Shown here in pieces: positions 10,225-20,300 of a stretch of DNA of 64,000 nucleotides. Source of the stretch: a virus; UHGV virus genome UHGV-0020019; one strand, given 5' to 3'. How positions within the stretch are numbered: the stretch's first letter is position 1; each line of letters opens with the position of its first letter. The notes beneath the pieces were generated by a model that searched no databases, was not told the origin of the DNA, and saw only the letters and a program-made list of their open reading frames with translations. The position numbers were made by a program, and so were the translations under genes.

Positions 10225-12642
10225 ATGGCATGTAACGCAATAGGTGGATTCCCATCACAACAGTTGTCTTTTTCTAAAAAAGGGAAGAAGTTTAGAAAAG
10301 CTTGCGTGGATTTTGGAGATAATCATAGTTTACTTCATTATCATTTGACCAGAAAGTCTGTTGCTGCAATGAAGATAAACAAAGACTTGATTAATGGTCA
10401 GATACACATGAGTGACTTGAAGTTATTTCTTAATCCTTATAGTATTGATGCATCCTTTATTCCTGACAGTATACAGCATTATCCTATCATTAACTCTAAG
10501 TTGGCAGTACTTAGAGGTGAGGAATCAAGGAGATTATTTGATTTCAGAGTAGTAGTTACCAATCCTACTGCTGTATCAGAGATGGAAGAGGAGAAGAATA
10601 ATCAAGTAAATATGATGCTTCAGCAGTTAATGATGGATGATTCAATGAATGAGGAAGATTTTAATCAAGAACTACAAAAGCAGTCTGGCTACTTTACCTA
10701 TGAGTATCAGGATAAGAGAGAAGTAAGAGGTAATCTCTTGCTTAATCACTATATGAAGGAACTGGATATTCCTCAGCTCTTTAATGAAGGTTTTGTAGAT
10801 GCTTATACTCATGGAGAAGAGGCTTATCTCTGTGACATTGTAGGAGGAGAACCTTATATAGAGAAGATTGACCCATTAAAGATGAGAGTCATTAAGTCTG
10901 GTTATTCCAATAAGATAGAAGATGCTGATATGATAGTCTTGGAAGACTATTGGAATCCAGGAAGAATTATTGATACTTACTATGATCAGCTTACTAAGAA
11001 AGACATAGAAGCCTTGGAGACTACTCCCAATAACATGAATGGTAACTATACTGATTCTCTTGACAACATTGATGCCAGGTATGGTCTTGTACCCAATATC
11101 AATATAGATACTACAGCTGGGGATGCAGTCTTCAATCCCCTTAGTCTGTTTGATGATACTATTGATACCACATATTTACCTTATGATATGAATGGCAATA
11201 TCAGAGTATTGAGGGTATATTGGAAATCAAGAAGACAGATAAAGAAGGTAAAGAGTTATGACCCTGAGACTGGGGAGGAAGAGTTTAACTTCTATCCTGA
11301 GACTTATCATTGTGATCCTTTGAAGGGTGAGGAAGAACAGACCTTCTGGATTAATGAAGCATGGGAAGGTACTAAGATAGGTAATGACATATATGTAAAT
11401 ATGAGACCAAGACCTATTCAGTATAATAGGTTGAGCAATCCTTCAAGATGCCACTTTGGTATTATTGGTAGTATTTACAGCACCAATGGAGATGTTCCTT
11501 TTTCTCTTGTAGATATAATGAAACCTTATGCTTACTTCTATGACATTATTCATGATAAGCTTATTAAGCTTCTTGCAAAGAATATGGGTAAACTTACTAG
11601 AATGGATCTTGCCAAAGTACCTAAAGGATGGGATGTAGATAAGTGGCTTTATTATTTAAATGTGAATGGTATTGCTGTAGAGGATAGTTTCAAGGAAGGT
11701 AACATAGGTGTAGCAACAGGTAAGCTTGCTGGTGCTATGAACAATGCTTCTTCTGGTGTTATTGATGCTTCCTTGGGTAATGAAATTCAGCAATATATTA
11801 ATCTCTTAGAGTGGATTATCAGTAAGGTAGGTGAGATGGCAGGCATCTCCAAACAGAGAGAAGGTCAGATTTCCAATAGAGAGACAGTTGGTGGAGTAGA
11901 GAGAGCTACCTTACAATCATCTATGATTACTGAAACTCTATTCTCTGTGCATGATAGTGTGAAGAAGAGAGTACTAGAATGCTTCTTAGAAACAGCTAAG
12001 ATAGCCCTTAGAGGTAGAAAGAAGAAATTTGATTATATCCTTGATGATGGTAGTAAAAAGCTAATGGAGATAGATGGTGATAAGTTTGCAGAATGTGACT
12101 ATGGTCTAGTAGTAGATAATAGTAATGGTACTCAGGAACTTAATCAGAAGATTGATACCTTGGCTCAGGCTGCTATTCAGAATCAGAATCTTGACTTCTC
12201 TATTATTATGAAGATATATACTACCAAGAGTACTGCTGAGAAGATTAGAATGGTTGAGAATAATGAGAAGCTGAGAAGAGAAGAAGCTATGCAGCAACAG
12301 CAGCAGCAACTTCAGTTACAGCAGGCTCAGTTACAGCAGCAGACAGAGCAAGCACAAGCTGAACAGGAACTTAAGTATAGAATGTTCCAAGAAGAAATGG
12401 AGAATAACTTGTTAGTTGCTCAGATAAATAGTAAGGCAGAAGCTGATAGATTACAGTTAATGGGTGGTGCTGATGCTATGACTATGGAACAGAAACTTAG
12501 TCTTGAAAGAGAAAAGCTTTCAGAGAATGCTAGACAGTTCAATGAGAAACTTGCTCTTGATAAGAAAGCACAAGCAGATGATGCTAGACTTAAAGAGCAG
12601 CAGATTAAAGTCTCTGCAAAGAAGAGTACAACAAAGAAGTAG
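10225..12642 (+). CDS. 805-aa protein with long C-terminal Q/E-rich helical tail; portal-like (low-confidence product call)
   Basis: Size fits crAss-like/P22-like portals; a long predicted alpha-helical C-terminal 'barrel' (QQQQQQLQLQQAQLQQQTEQAQAE...), as in the P22 portal. No diagnostic motif, so the product call is inference. Confidence 0.5.
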   Translation: MACNAIGGFPSQQLSFSKKGKKFRKACVDFGDNHSLLHYHLTRKSVAAMKINKDLINGQIHMSDLKLFLNPYSIDASFIPDSIQHYPIINSKLAVLRGEESRRLFDFRVVVTNPTAVSEMEEEKNNQVNMMLQQLMMDDSMNEEDFNQELQKQSGYFTYEYQDKREVRGNLLLNHYMKELDIPQLFNEGFVDAYTHGEEAYLCDIVGGEPYIEKIDPLKMRVIKSGYSNKIEDADMIVLEDYWNPGRIIDTYYDQLTKKDIEALETTPNNMNGNYTDSLDNIDARYGLVPNINIDTTAGDAVFNPLSLFDDTIDTTYLPYDMNGNIRVLRVYWKSRRQIKKVKSYDPETGEEEFNFYPETYHCDPLKGEEEQTFWINEAWEGTKIGNDIYVNMRPRPIQYNRLSNPSRCHFGIIGSIYSTNGDVPFSLVDIMKPYAYFYDIIHDKLIKLLAKNMGKLTRMDLAKVPKGWDVDKWLYYLNVNGIAVEDSFKEGNIGVATGKLAGAMNNASSGVIDASLGNEIQQYINLLEWIISKVGEMAGISKQREGQISNRETVGGVERATLQSSMITETLFSVHDSVKKRVLECFLETAKIALRGRKKKFDYILDDGSKKLMEIDGDKFAECDYGLVVDNSNGTQELNQKIDTLAQAAIQNQNLDFSIIMKIYTTKSTAEKIRMVENNEKLRREEAMQQQQQQLQLQQAQLQQQTEQAQAEQELKYRMFQEEMENNLLVAQINSKAEADRLQLMGGADAMTMEQKLSLEREKLSENARQFNEKLALDKKAQADDARLKEQQIKVSAKKSTTKK
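12292..12342 (+). repeat. CAG/CAA trinucleotide tract encoding poly-Q inside the 805-aa gene
   Basis: cagcaacagcagcagcaa...cagttacagcagcag; a perfect (CAR)6 followed by an interrupted continuation. Confidence 0.6.
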
Positions 12643-12671
12643 AAGTGTATAATATATAAAGAGTAGAAGTT

Positions 12672-13223
12672 ATGAAGTTAGTAACTATTGAATCTTTTCA
12701 GCTAAAAGTAGCTGATGAAGCTTTACTTATAAAGCCTATAAGGAAGCTATTTAATCAAGACAGAAGTGCATCCAAGGAGCAATTTTATAAACAGATGTCT
12801 TATCTTTACTTTATGGTAGATCCAAGAAGTACTTACTCTTATATTCTCAATGAAGAAGAGAGAGCTAAGGCTATTATAGAACAGGAAGGACTTGAAAAGG
12901 ACTTTAAGCCCTCTTCTTTATTGGAAGAAGCTATGACAGTATATAAGAAGCATACAGTAACTCCTTCACAGGAGTTGCTTAATGCTGCATTAAAGGCTGC
13001 ACATACAGTAAGTGAGTTCTTGATGAGAGATGATATTTTAGATATGGAAGATGATAAGGGTAAACCTAAATATCAAATCTCTTCCATTACCTCTGCATTA
13101 AAAAATGTAGAAGGTATTGTATCTTCTTTACAGAATCTTCAAAGAAAGGTTGAGAGTGAACTTAGTGAGCAAAGTAAGGCTAGGGGTAGTCAAGAGTTAA
13201 CAATATTTGATGAAGTGGATTAA
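12672..13223 (+). CDS. hypothetical acidic protein (scaffold-like?)
   Basis: ORF in track; charged, helical composition; 183 aa. Confidence 0.45.
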   Translation: MKLVTIESFQLKVADEALLIKPIRKLFNQDRSASKEQFYKQMSYLYFMVDPRSTYSYILNEEERAKAIIEQEGLEKDFKPSSLLEEAMTVYKKHTVTPSQELLNAALKAAHTVSEFLMRDDILDMEDDKGKPKYQISSITSALKNVEGIVSSLQNLQRKVESELSEQSKARGSQELTIFDEVD

Positions 13224-13256
13224 TATAAAGAAAGATTAAATATAGCCTTAAGTACT

Positions 13257-13286
13257 TTGTATATAGAAATAGTTTCTTTATTTTTG
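13257..13286 (+). promoter_or_regulatory. Bacteroides-type promoter: -33 TTTG (13257-13260) and -7 TATTTTTG (13279-13286)
   Basis: TTTG, an 18-nt spacer, then TAnnTTTG, ~17 nt upstream of the 13303 ATG. Confidence 0.4.
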
Positions 13287-13302
13287 CATAAAAATATGAG
13301 TT

Positions 13303-13620
13303 ATGAAGAAGTTAGTATATTTATTTATAATTATGTTTCTTGGTGTAGGATGCTCCCACCAAGGAACTTCTAGTAATGATATTAGTGTTAATAGTGATAC
13401 AGTATATATTGCTCCAGATAGTGTAAGAGATTATTCCTATATTGACTCTATTAATCAGGATTTAAAATGTAGGTCATACGAATTATATGGAGATAGTAAT
13501 TGGCTTGAGGATGGATTACCTGATAATATAATGAGAAGAAAAGGAGATACTCCCCATAAAGATACTTTATGGATGCTGAAAGAAGACACACCTTATCATA
13601 AAACGCCAATAGAGAAATAA
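13303..13620 (+). CDS. lipoprotein (signal peptide + lipobox GVGC|S); spanin-like position upstream of the lysozyme
   Basis: MKKLVYLFIIMFLGVGCSHQG: h-region plus L-G-V-G-C lipobox. Confidence 0.55.
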   Translation: MKKLVYLFIIMFLGVGCSHQGTSSNDISVNSDTVYIAPDSVRDYSYIDSINQDLKCRSYELYGDSNWLEDGLPDNIMRRKGDTPHKDTLWMLKEDTPYHKTPIEK

Positions 13621-13634
13621 AGGGAGGAAGAGGA

Positions 13635-15050
13635 ATGCCAATAAAGGATGATTCATTAGTAGCTCAATATATACGAGCAATAGAAAATCCTGATAGTGCA
13701 GGATTTAAAAATGGTATATGGTATGCTCCTCCTAAAGGACAAGGCTATGATCCTAATAACAGAGGCTTTGGTATGGATATAAATAACAACAATGATACAA
13801 AAGCCTTAACAGCAAATAGACCAGGTAAATGGCTTACAGAGGAAGAGGAAAGACAGCTTAGGTTAAAGCATTTGGAAGATAATCAGAAAACTCTTGATAG
13901 GTGGACTCCTCAAATGTTAAGAGAAATGCCCTCTGAAGAAAAGAAAGCAATGGCATTAGGAATGCTATATAGAGGTGATGGGGTTAAAAGTATAGTCAAG
14001 AATCCTACCCTAAGGAATGCTTATTACTCAGGTTCTGATGAAGATATGCAAAGAGCTGTATCAGAATATTATAAAGCTAAAAAGGTTCCAGAGAGAGCAG
14101 CTAATCACAACAAGTTTTTTAATAGTAGAAAACCTAAAGGAGAGATAGAGTTAAATTATAAACCTAAGAATTGGTTTCCTGAATATCAATCATATTCTGA
14201 AGGAGGACAATTAGAGGGTAATACATGGGATTCTTTATCTTTAGCAGATAAAGCAGAGATGATTAAAGTAGCTGTTGCTAATGGTATTACTACCTTACCA
14301 GAGATTAAGAGTGCTTATAATGAATTTGCCAAAGGTGGTTATATCCCTTCTGATAGTATAAAGAGAAGAATCTCTAATTGGGAAGGTTCTTCTATGAAAA
14401 CCAATAGAAGCTTTGAGGATGAAGCAAGAGATTTTAATAGAGTAGTGCCTACTGAAGTGAGAGATAAGCTAACACAACAACAAAAGGATGCTTTATATTC
14501 CTATGGTTATAATGTAGGTATGGGCAATCTTAAGGAAAGAGTAGTGCCTACATTAACTGCATATACTAAAGGTAAGGCAAGCAAAGAAGATGTTCAAAGG
14601 TCTATGTGGGCTAAAAGGGATAATGTGTTTAAAGGTCTTACTACAAGAAGAAATGCTGAGAGAGAAATGTTTGGCGGTAATTATAGAACTAAGTTTACTG
14701 GTACAGGGGAACTTGGAATATATTTAGACCCTTCAGAATACACTATACCACAGGGTTTCTTTGATAATTTCAATGCAGGAATTTCATTACCTCAAATGCA
14801 AATGCCTAATGGTATAGATGCTGATCCAGAGACCCTTTATAAAGCTCCTACTATTGATGAAACACTATTCTCAAAACCTGAGGCTACTCAAGAAGAACCG
14901 ATGTATAATCCTCAGCAAGAGAAAGTTGAAGGTTTAAAAAGGATGACTACTGTTATGGAATTATTGGGTCAGAATATTCCTTTTGCAGGATTAGCAGATA
15001 CCAATACTCCAGGATTATTATCCTATGTTAACCAAATATATAATTCATAA
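13635..15050 (+). CDS. peptidoglycan hydrolase with two tandem GH24 (T4/lambda-type lysozyme) domains plus a ~120-aa C-terminal domain
   Basis: Domain 1 (~1-160): AIEN...GFGMDI, LTEEEERQL...AMALGMLYRGDG, resembling T4L LTKDEAEKLF...ALINMVFQMGETG. Domain 2 (~225-345): NWEGSSMKT...DEARDF then LTQQQKDALYSYGYNVGMGNL...GLTTRRNAEREMFGG, resembling lambda-R/P22 gp19 LTQNQFDALVSFAYNVG...GLVRRRAAERALF. Confidence 0.6.
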   Translation: MPIKDDSLVAQYIRAIENPDSAGFKNGIWYAPPKGQGYDPNNRGFGMDINNNNDTKALTANRPGKWLTEEEERQLRLKHLEDNQKTLDRWTPQMLREMPSEEKKAMALGMLYRGDGVKSIVKNPTLRNAYYSGSDEDMQRAVSEYYKAKKVPERAANHNKFFNSRKPKGEIELNYKPKNWFPEYQSYSEGGQLEGNTWDSLSLADKAEMIKVAVANGITTLPEIKSAYNEFAKGGYIPSDSIKRRISNWEGSSMKTNRSFEDEARDFNRVVPTEVRDKLTQQQKDALYSYGYNVGMGNLKERVVPTLTAYTKGKASKEDVQRSMWAKRDNVFKGLTTRRNAEREMFGGNYRTKFTGTGELGIYLDPSEYTIPQGFFDNFNAGISLPQMQMPNGIDADPETLYKAPTIDETLFSKPEATQEEPMYNPQQEKVEGLKRMTTVMELLGQNIPFAGLADTNTPGLLSYVNQIYNS

Positions 15051-15060
15051 ATTATATAGA

Positions 15061-15113
15061 AAAAAGAAAGGTAGGAGGGTTCCCTTCTACCTTTCTTAAA
15101 TATTCTTTTTTAG
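15061..15113. terminator. bidirectional rho-independent terminator between convergent genes
   Basis: A-run, 14-bp stem GAAAGGTAGGAGGG / CCCTTCTACCTTTC (one G-U pair), then T-run TTAAATATTCTTTTTT. Confidence 0.5.
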
Positions 15114-15131
15114 TGTTTGAAAAATTCAATA

Positions 15132-15977
15132 CTACTCATAATCTGACATATCAAGAAGAATTTCTAACTTAGATGCGATCTCTGTCATTCTTTCTTGTAT
15201 TACACTTATCTCAGGAATCCTATGCTCATGACCTTTCTTCCATGTAACATTCAATATACCCAAATCCTCACCCTTGGAAGTTTTCATAGCTCTCATAGCT
15301 AAGGCAGTACATTGATTCTCCTTGAGAATCCTTGCATAACCAGCATCAACCTCAGTAATTTCTTCCATATTAGAGAACCATTTGAATTTATTCTTTAACA
15401 TATATCCTATAATAGGGAAGAGATTGGTAGGAATACACTGGAAATCTTTATAGTTAAATACTACACCTTCTGCTGTATTTACTGATGGGAAACTCTCATC
15501 ATAGAATCTCTTATGATATCCTCCTATATACTTTTCTGTATTATGCATTAGTTCAATGGTAACAACATCACAATGAAGAGCATCTCTAAGATAATCTGTT
15601 AATTCATTAGCCTCTTCTTCTATTCTTGAAGTCTGAGCATAACATTCTTTGTCTTTCTGTTTATTCTTCTTCTCTTGTTCTTGCATTGCTATAAGTACAG
15701 CATTCATTACTCTTTTCTGGGCATACATGGAGTATAATATCATAGCTAATCCAACAATAACACCAATGGTTATTGGGTTTGGTTTCATAATAATACTTAC
15801 TACCCAATCATATAAATCATCCCTTAAAAATAACTTACCTAAGAATAGGGCTATTAAAGTACAGAGGATTATCTTGAAGAAAATACTCACAGAGTGGTCT
15901 TTTACTTCATTTAGTTTACTGAATCCTCCTAGAAATTCTGTGATTGCCTGTATCACACTAGAGATTTTTTCTAACAT
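15132..15977 (-). CDS. membrane-anchored protein (2 N-terminal TM helices + ~200-aa cytoplasmic domain); candidate moron/accessory gene
   Basis: TM segments IFFKIILCTLIALFLGKLFL and ITIGVIVGLAMILYSMY; convergent with the lysozyme gene, isolated orientation. Confidence 0.5.
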   Translation of the reverse strand: MLEKISSVIQAITEFLGGFSKLNEVKDHSVSIFFKIILCTLIALFLGKLFLRDDLYDWVVSIIMKPNPITIGVIVGLAMILYSMYAQKRVMNAVLIAMQEQEKKNKQKDKECYAQTSRIEEEANELTDYLRDALHCDVVTIELMHNTEKYIGGYHKRFYDESFPSVNTAEGVVFNYKDFQCIPTNLFPIIGYMLKNKFKWFSNMEEITEVDAGYARILKENQCTALAMRAMKTSKGEDLGILNVTWKKGHEHRIPEISVIQERMTEIASKLEILLDMSDYE

Positions 15978-16000
15978 TACCTTTACTATTTACACATTCT

Positions 16001-16243
16001 TTACTGTTGTTCAAGGATGTCATAATGTCCAATGTGATATTTGTTACACACCCTACAGAAATAGGATGTCATTCCATATAACTTATGTTTATAGGTATAC
16101 TTATTAGCTTCTTTTTCAGTTTCATAAGTTTTCTTACTCTTACCTTTAGAGGTATAGTGTTGTCTTGGTCTGGACTTCTCAAAAGGTATCTTACAAATTC
16201 CCATATTAACAATATCTATCCTTTCATACAAAGATATATACAT
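16001..16243 (-). CDS. small Zn-ribbon-like protein
   Basis: 80 aa; MGICKIP...CRVCNKYHIGH, basic. Confidence 0.4.
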   Translation of the reverse strand: MYISLYERIDIVNMGICKIPFEKSRPRQHYTSKGKSKKTYETEKEANKYTYKHKLYGMTSYFCRVCNKYHIGHYDILEQQ

Positions 16244-16348
16244 TATGTATGATTATAGAGATGTTAAGAAAAGTGCTAAGAATAGTTACTATTTTTCTTA
16301 GGAATAGTACAATAATTTAAGGATAATAACGTTATTAGATAAAAAGAA

Positions 16349-17131
16349 TTGTCTATGAAAAATTCTTTATATCAATATTATAGTCAGAATCCTCTTAGTT
16401 TATATGAGGTCAGAAGACATTTCTTGTGGCATTTCTATTGTCAGAATCATAGTAGGAATGATGCAAGGAAAGTCTTGAAAGCTGTTGTTACCTCTTCTAG
16501 AATAGGTAGGATAATAGAAAAATCCATACAGAAAAAACATGCACCTAATTATAGTGATTTCCTATCTACTATAAAAGGAATGCTTAGATTCTGGTTTTGT
16601 TCTAAAGAAACTTTAGTGTTAGCTACTATAGAAGCTATATTGAAATGGGATATTGTAGCCAACAGAAAATTGAAGTTAAAAACTCAAGATGAATTAAAAC
16701 ATGATACTCTTGAAGTACTTAAAAAGTATTTGATATATAAAGAAGTACCCACTGATGATGTTCTTTCAGCAGAAGCTGTTCATACATCTTCTTCATCTGT
16801 GGATTTAGAGTATATGAAACCTTCTTCTGATGATAAATCTTTAGAGGATACTTCTGAATCGGAGGATTCTACTTCTCTTCAGACATGGACTTTAGATGAA
16901 TTTATCAATGAATTTGGACCAAAGATGCAAGTAAAGGAATTTGCAAACAGTAAAACAGGAGATTTATTCAAAAGTTGTGTGTTTACTAAAGGTAAAACTA
17001 GAACTTTTGTTGCTTTTTCTTCTAAGTTAGGTGAACACACTAAGAAAGAATTACTTGATATGAAGGATGAATTAATAATACTGAAAGTACAAAATGGTAA
17101 GTATAAACTTGCCAAGCATTATTATACATAA
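16349..17131 (+). CDS. hypothetical protein with acidic S/D/E patch
   Basis: ORF in track; DTSESEDSTSLQ. Confidence 0.45.
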   Translation: MSMKNSLYQYYSQNPLSLYEVRRHFLWHFYCQNHSRNDARKVLKAVVTSSRIGRIIEKSIQKKHAPNYSDFLSTIKGMLRFWFCSKETLVLATIEAILKWDIVANRKLKLKTQDELKHDTLEVLKKYLIYKEVPTDDVLSAEAVHTSSSSVDLEYMKPSSDDKSLEDTSESEDSTSLQTWTLDEFINEFGPKMQVKEFANSKTGDLFKSCVFTKGKTRTFVAFSSKLGEHTKKELLDMKDELIILKVQNGKYKLAKHYYT

Positions 17132-17157
17132 AATATTAATATTTTAAATTACATAAC

Positions 17158-17346
17158 ATGAAGAAATATATACACTTTGTAATTCCTTATGCAATATATG
17201 TTAGTATGGTTTTAATAACTATAGCTGATGCAAGACGTGATTATTGGCAGTTGTTTATCTTTTGGATTGTTACTCTGCCTTTGATTGTAGGGTATATTGC
17301 TTACATTATATGGGAGCGCAAGAACAGAAAGAATAAAGGAGAGTGA
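17158..17346 (+). CDS. small 2-TM membrane protein
   Basis: IHFVIPYAIYVSMVLITIA and LFIFWIVTLPLIVGYIAYII, then a basic tail. Confidence 0.4.
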   Translation: MKKYIHFVIPYAIYVSMVLITIADARRDYWQLFIFWIVTLPLIVGYIAYIIWERKNRKNKGE

Positions 17347-17365
17347 TTAGCTCCCCTTTATTTCT

Positions 17366-20300
17366 TTATCTATTAGAAGGTGAAGCTTCAAATATCTTAA
17401 AGATAGCATCATCTTCATCCATCCTCTGCATCTGTTCCCAATCCTTAAAGAATGGCATATTGTATTTTACCATATTTCTCCAATACTTGTTTTCTCCTTT
17501 ATGGTCTCCTGATTTAATATCTGTAACAATATCACCATTGGTAAGACCATAGAAAGTATAGAGTAGGGAGTTCATAGTATTCAATGATGCCATAGGAGAA
17601 TTAAGTACTGTCAACCAGTTAGAGATATTCTTAGGGTGAGGCATTGAAGCTTCAGTATCAAGAATAGCTCTTTTTGTCTGATATATCCACCATCTTCTCC
17701 AAAATTCTCTCTTATGTTTATCTGGATCTCCAAGGGCAAAACCAAGACCTAATAGACAAATGTACATAAGCATTTCTGCTCTTACTCTCTTAATATTATA
17801 CTTCTGCATATCATCAAGATTATGCCATTGTGCCTGAGACCTAAACATAAAGGTATAGAAGTCTTTCATAAAAAGTCCAATAGCATCTAACTTCTGACCA
17901 CTATTCCAAGTATCTTTGGTATCATCATTGGTAAGACCTTTGTATAAACTATACCAATATCCTTCTCTATCTTCTCCAAGAGAAGCATCAAAGTGTCTCT
18001 TCCTAAACCTTCTGGAATAATGCTCAATCATCCATTGACGAAAATTCATAATACCACGTCCCCACCATTTTTGATGTAATAGTCCTTTATCCTCTTCATT
18101 CATGGCACCATGAGTAGACTGGTTAGCATAACGAAGTTTCTTTCTTACTTTATCAATAAAAGCATCTGTTATAGCATTTCCATCAAGGTCTGTTACTCCA
18201 GACTTTAGGTGAAGTTCAGAGTTACCATCCTGTTTATTAACTATTTCAAAGGCATCATATAAGCTTATCTTCTTTCCATTTAATAATACTTTCTGATTAT
18301 GAAGAACACCATACATGTTTACATAATGAATAAGATACTCACCAGAAGAATAGCCAATGAATGAACAATCATGAGAGATTAATTGTCGGAACATACTTTT
18401 ATAGTATTTAGTATGGCTCTTTTCAGAGAAGTTTTCCTGAAGAGGGTCAAACAGTTCTCTCATAAGTACACTCTTATGATTTACATTGTTAGTAAGTAAC
18501 TCTGCCAGTTCTCCTCCAACACCTGCACTACCAAATAGTTTAGTATGTGCCCAAGCATAATCCTTGAAGTTGTAAAATTCACCAGCACCAGCTTCAATCA
18601 TCATCTGAAATTCACCCATAAGGTAATTGGCAACAGCACCTTTGACATTAGTTGCCAAGCCTTTAAATGAAGTATAGGCAATGATATTACTGAACATCTT
18701 AGCCCAAGTCTTGTTTTCATTAGGGTCTCTGTTTTGTCCATAGATATGCTGAGCAATGAAACCTTCTATAAGTTCTGTAGTATTGGTATTTTTCCCTCTT
18801 TTCCACAAATCCTTGAATACTCTTATCTCTTTATTCTGTATCACATCACCTTTTGGGTCTTTATCTCTAGCACTCTGATTTTTCACAAAGTCACCAATAA
18901 ATTCAACAACCTGTGCTATCTGACTCATAGAATCATAATTAATAGCTGTTCCTGCAAGGGCTGCAATACCAGTTGAGAAGTTTTTAAGAAGTTCTCCTTC
19001 TTCAACTTTGTTGACAAAGAAAATAGGAATTTGTCTTAATGGAGTGTTATCAAAAGCACCTTCTGTAATCTGATATTCATCACCATCAATAATACCATTC
19101 ATATTATAGTTTTCATCATCTTCCCTTATTTTATAGAAGTTCTCAGCTTTATTTCTTACAGCTTTAGCTACATCCTTGAAGTTCTTAGCATCATGCATGG
19201 CATCAAGGAATTTACGTCTTATTTGTGGTGGAAGATATTGATGTTGTGCATAGGCTGGTAGAAGAGAGCCAATCTCACCTTTAAGTTGCATCATAGTATC
19301 ATAGTATTCAATTTGTTCCTGAGTCCAATCTTTCTGAAAGTTATCCCTCTTTCTATAACTATCATTAGGTACCCTTTCTGTTCTACCATTTTTACCATTA
19401 GTATTATCTACAACTCTATCTTCTGTATTCAGGTCTTCCCAGTCTTCAATAGCCTGTTTTAAATCAAAACCTCGAAAACCTTGACTATAGAGAGACTTAA
19501 TCTTTGCTGATCTTGCTGCTTTATATAATTTCCAATCTATATCACTAACTATATGACCATCATCCTCATACATAAATTCAGAATTATGTCCAGCTTTATG
19601 GAGTTTATCTGTAGCTCGACGAATCCTAAGAGATATACTATTCATAGCTGCATCCCTTGAATCCTGAGCATTCCTAATGACAGAACCCATAGCACCAATG
19701 ATAGGATTAGATGCTCTACCTATGCTATATAACCAGTCAAATTTAGTAGAGTCTGTAGTAGCCATTCTGATAGCATTGATCATAGACTGACCATCAGGAG
19801 TAGTGTTTCCAACAATTTCTATCATAAGGTTGGTCATAGTACTCTCTGTAAGATTATCGAGCATATTTTCCTTTTTATCAAAGAACTCTTTCAAGTCTTT
19901 AGCAGTCTGACGAATATTATCAATGTCTGTTTTGGCAATGGACTCATCAATGGTAAGATTCTCATCTGCCAAAGCTGATACCAATGGATAATATTGCTCT
20001 TTAAGGGATTTAATATCCTGTAGAATCTTAGCAGTACCAAAGGCTTTCTCTAATTCTGTACCCGTTTGAGGAATACCTTGAAGCATAGTATCAATATCAG
20101 CTATCTGAGAAGATGCTTCTCCTAAGAAATTTAATACTCCAGAGTAATATTTTTTACTAGATAACTCCTTCATAAGTTTATTAAGTACACCTTCAAGTCT
20201 TTTTCCTTCAGTATTATTACCTTTTTCCTTTTCAAGTTGCCTAATCTGCCTTTGAAGAGTAATAGCCGCATCTGCTGCTGCGTCAGAAAGAGTTCTAATT

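Noticed and set aside
15649-16107. 152-aa plus-strand ORF
   Set aside because: Antisense to the 15132-15977 membrane-protein gene and overlapping the 16001 gene; hydrophobic junk composition.
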